DNA from: Methylophilus sp.
Lineage (GTDB): Bacteria; Pseudomonadota; Gammaproteobacteria; Burkholderiales; Methylophilaceae
Assembly (NCBI RefSeq): GCF_052173275.1
Contig: NZ_JBQMUL010000002.1
Span: 970,108-994,107, forward strand
Direction: 5' to 3'
Length of the DNA: 24,000 nt
Positions 23,239-24,000 of this stretch are shown one piece after another. A program made the translations under genes and the position numbers. How positions within the stretch are numbered: position 1 is the stretch's first letter; each line of letters opens with the position of its first letter. The notes below the pieces were generated by a model. That model worked only from the letters and a program-made list of their open reading frames with translations. It was not told the DNA's origin and searched no databases.

Positions 23239-24000
23239 TTGGCTTTGAGCACTCAACCTATTGCATTACCGGCTGGTTTCCGCGCGCAGGATTTCCTGAC
23301 CTTTCATGGGCGGGACAAGTTGGCAGTGTCGGAAAAAGTGACTGGCAATGTGCTGGAAAAGGCGATCGTGCTGCACGACCGCCCTGCCTTGTTGACGCTG
23401 ACGTTTAGCGAGCAGAAAGTTGACTACAGCCTGGCGGTGGATGCTGCCGTGCATGAGGTGGATGCGGATGCGGTTGTTCAAATGGTGCAGCATATGCTGG
23501 GCTTTACGCAGCCGATTGCAGAATTTGAACAGGCTTATGCCGACCACCCTTTGCTAGGCATAATGATTGCCCGGCAGGCGGGGTTGCGGGTGCCGGTGAG
23601 TATGAGCCCGTTTGAAGCGCTGACGTGGGCGGTGATTGGCCAGCAAGTGAGTTTGCATGCGGCGATTTCGATGCGGCGTAAGTTTATTCAACTGGCTGAT
23701 ATGCAGCATTCATCCGGTTTTTATTGCTACCCTTCACCAGCGCAGGTGGCACAATTATCTGTTGAGGGTTTACGGCTGGCTGGCCTTTCGCAAAGCAAGG
23801 CCAACACCTTGCTGAAAGTAAGCGAGTTGGTGCTGGCGGGCGAGTTGCCTATGGATGACTGGCTGCGCGATCAGGTTTCTTCTGAGGTGATCGCCACGGC
23901 GTTAGCTGCGATCAAAGGCATAGGGCCGTGGACCATCAGTTACACATTATTGCGCGGCTACGGTTGGCTGGATGGCTCCTTGCATGGGGATGCAGCGGTA
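23239..24000 (+). CDS. AlkA-like DNA-3-methyladenine glycosylase II family (HhH-GPD), 3' end outside the window
   Basis: The frame is open from TAA at 23209-23211 to the window end. Only TTG starts are available (23239 or 23245). My translation gives ...PFEALTWAVIGQQVSLHAAISMRRKF... and the HhH motif AIKGIGPWTISYTLLRG. The gene is absent from the ORF track because it has no stop in the window. Confidence 0.7.
   Translation, partial: MALSTQPIALPAGFRAQDFLTFHGRDKLAVSEKVTGNVLEKAIVLHDRPALLTLTFSEQKVDYSLAVDAAVHEVDADAVVQMVQHMLGFTQPIAEFEQAYADHPLLGIMIARQAGLRVPVSMSPFEALTWAVIGQQVSLHAAISMRRKFIQLADMQHSSGFYCYPSPAQVAQLSVEGLRLAGLSQSKANTLLKVSELVLAGELPMDDWLRDQVSSEVIATALAAIKGIGPWTISYTLLRGYGWLDGSLHGDAAV

Noticed and set aside
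23266-23547. A 93-aa minus-strand ORF in the track
   Set aside because: It is antisense to the + strand AlkA-like frame, which has clear HhH-GPD motifs and runs off the window.
1-24000. A by-eye search for CRISPR arrays, tRNA/rRNA genes, IS elements or terminal inverted repeats, integrases, toxin-antitoxin pairs and long tandem repeats
   Set aside because: I saw no regularly spaced repeat-spacer array, no cloverleaf-like or rRNA-like sequence, and no transposase- or integrase-like ORF. The only repeats found are the short regulatory ones and the hsdS internal duplication reported above. A computational scan (tRNAscan-SE, Infernal/Rfam, ISfinder) is still advisable.

Overview
The window reads as a proteobacterial chromosome segment with two different compositions. 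From about 1 to 14360 and from about 22900 to 24000, GC is higher (60-nt hand counts about 57-62%). These regions hold: (i) the 3' end of a catalase-related gene. (ii) A six-gene, translationally coupled minus-strand operon, MoxR ATPase - DUF58 - membrane protein - vWA - TPR - vWA, collinear with the methanol-dehydrogenase maturation genes mxaRSACKL, with no mxaFJGI structural genes next to it. (iii) Two convergent MocR/GabR-type regulators. (iv) A YdeP/FdhF-family molybdopterin oxidoreductase overlapping a small winged-helix gene. (v) A PAS-PAS-GGDEF-EAL c-di-GMP protein. (vi) At the right edge, an AlkA-like HhH-GPD glycosylase. Between them, about 14360-22850, lies a low-GC block (hand counts about 30% in hsdS and 42% in hsdR). 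Most of it is one tightly packed five-gene minus-strand operon: hsdR - hsdS - PrrC-like AAA_13 ATPase/putative anticodon nuclease - hsdM - NucS-like PD-(D/E)xK + DUF5655-like protein. A hotdog-fold thioesterase follows. This type I R-M locus, with two extra nuclease-type genes intercalated or appended and an unusual R-first order, is the best candidate for an under-described multi-layer defence system. I saw no rRNA, tRNA, CRISPR array, transposase or integrase. All functional calls rest on motif and architecture recognition by eye and need HMM or BLAST confirmation.
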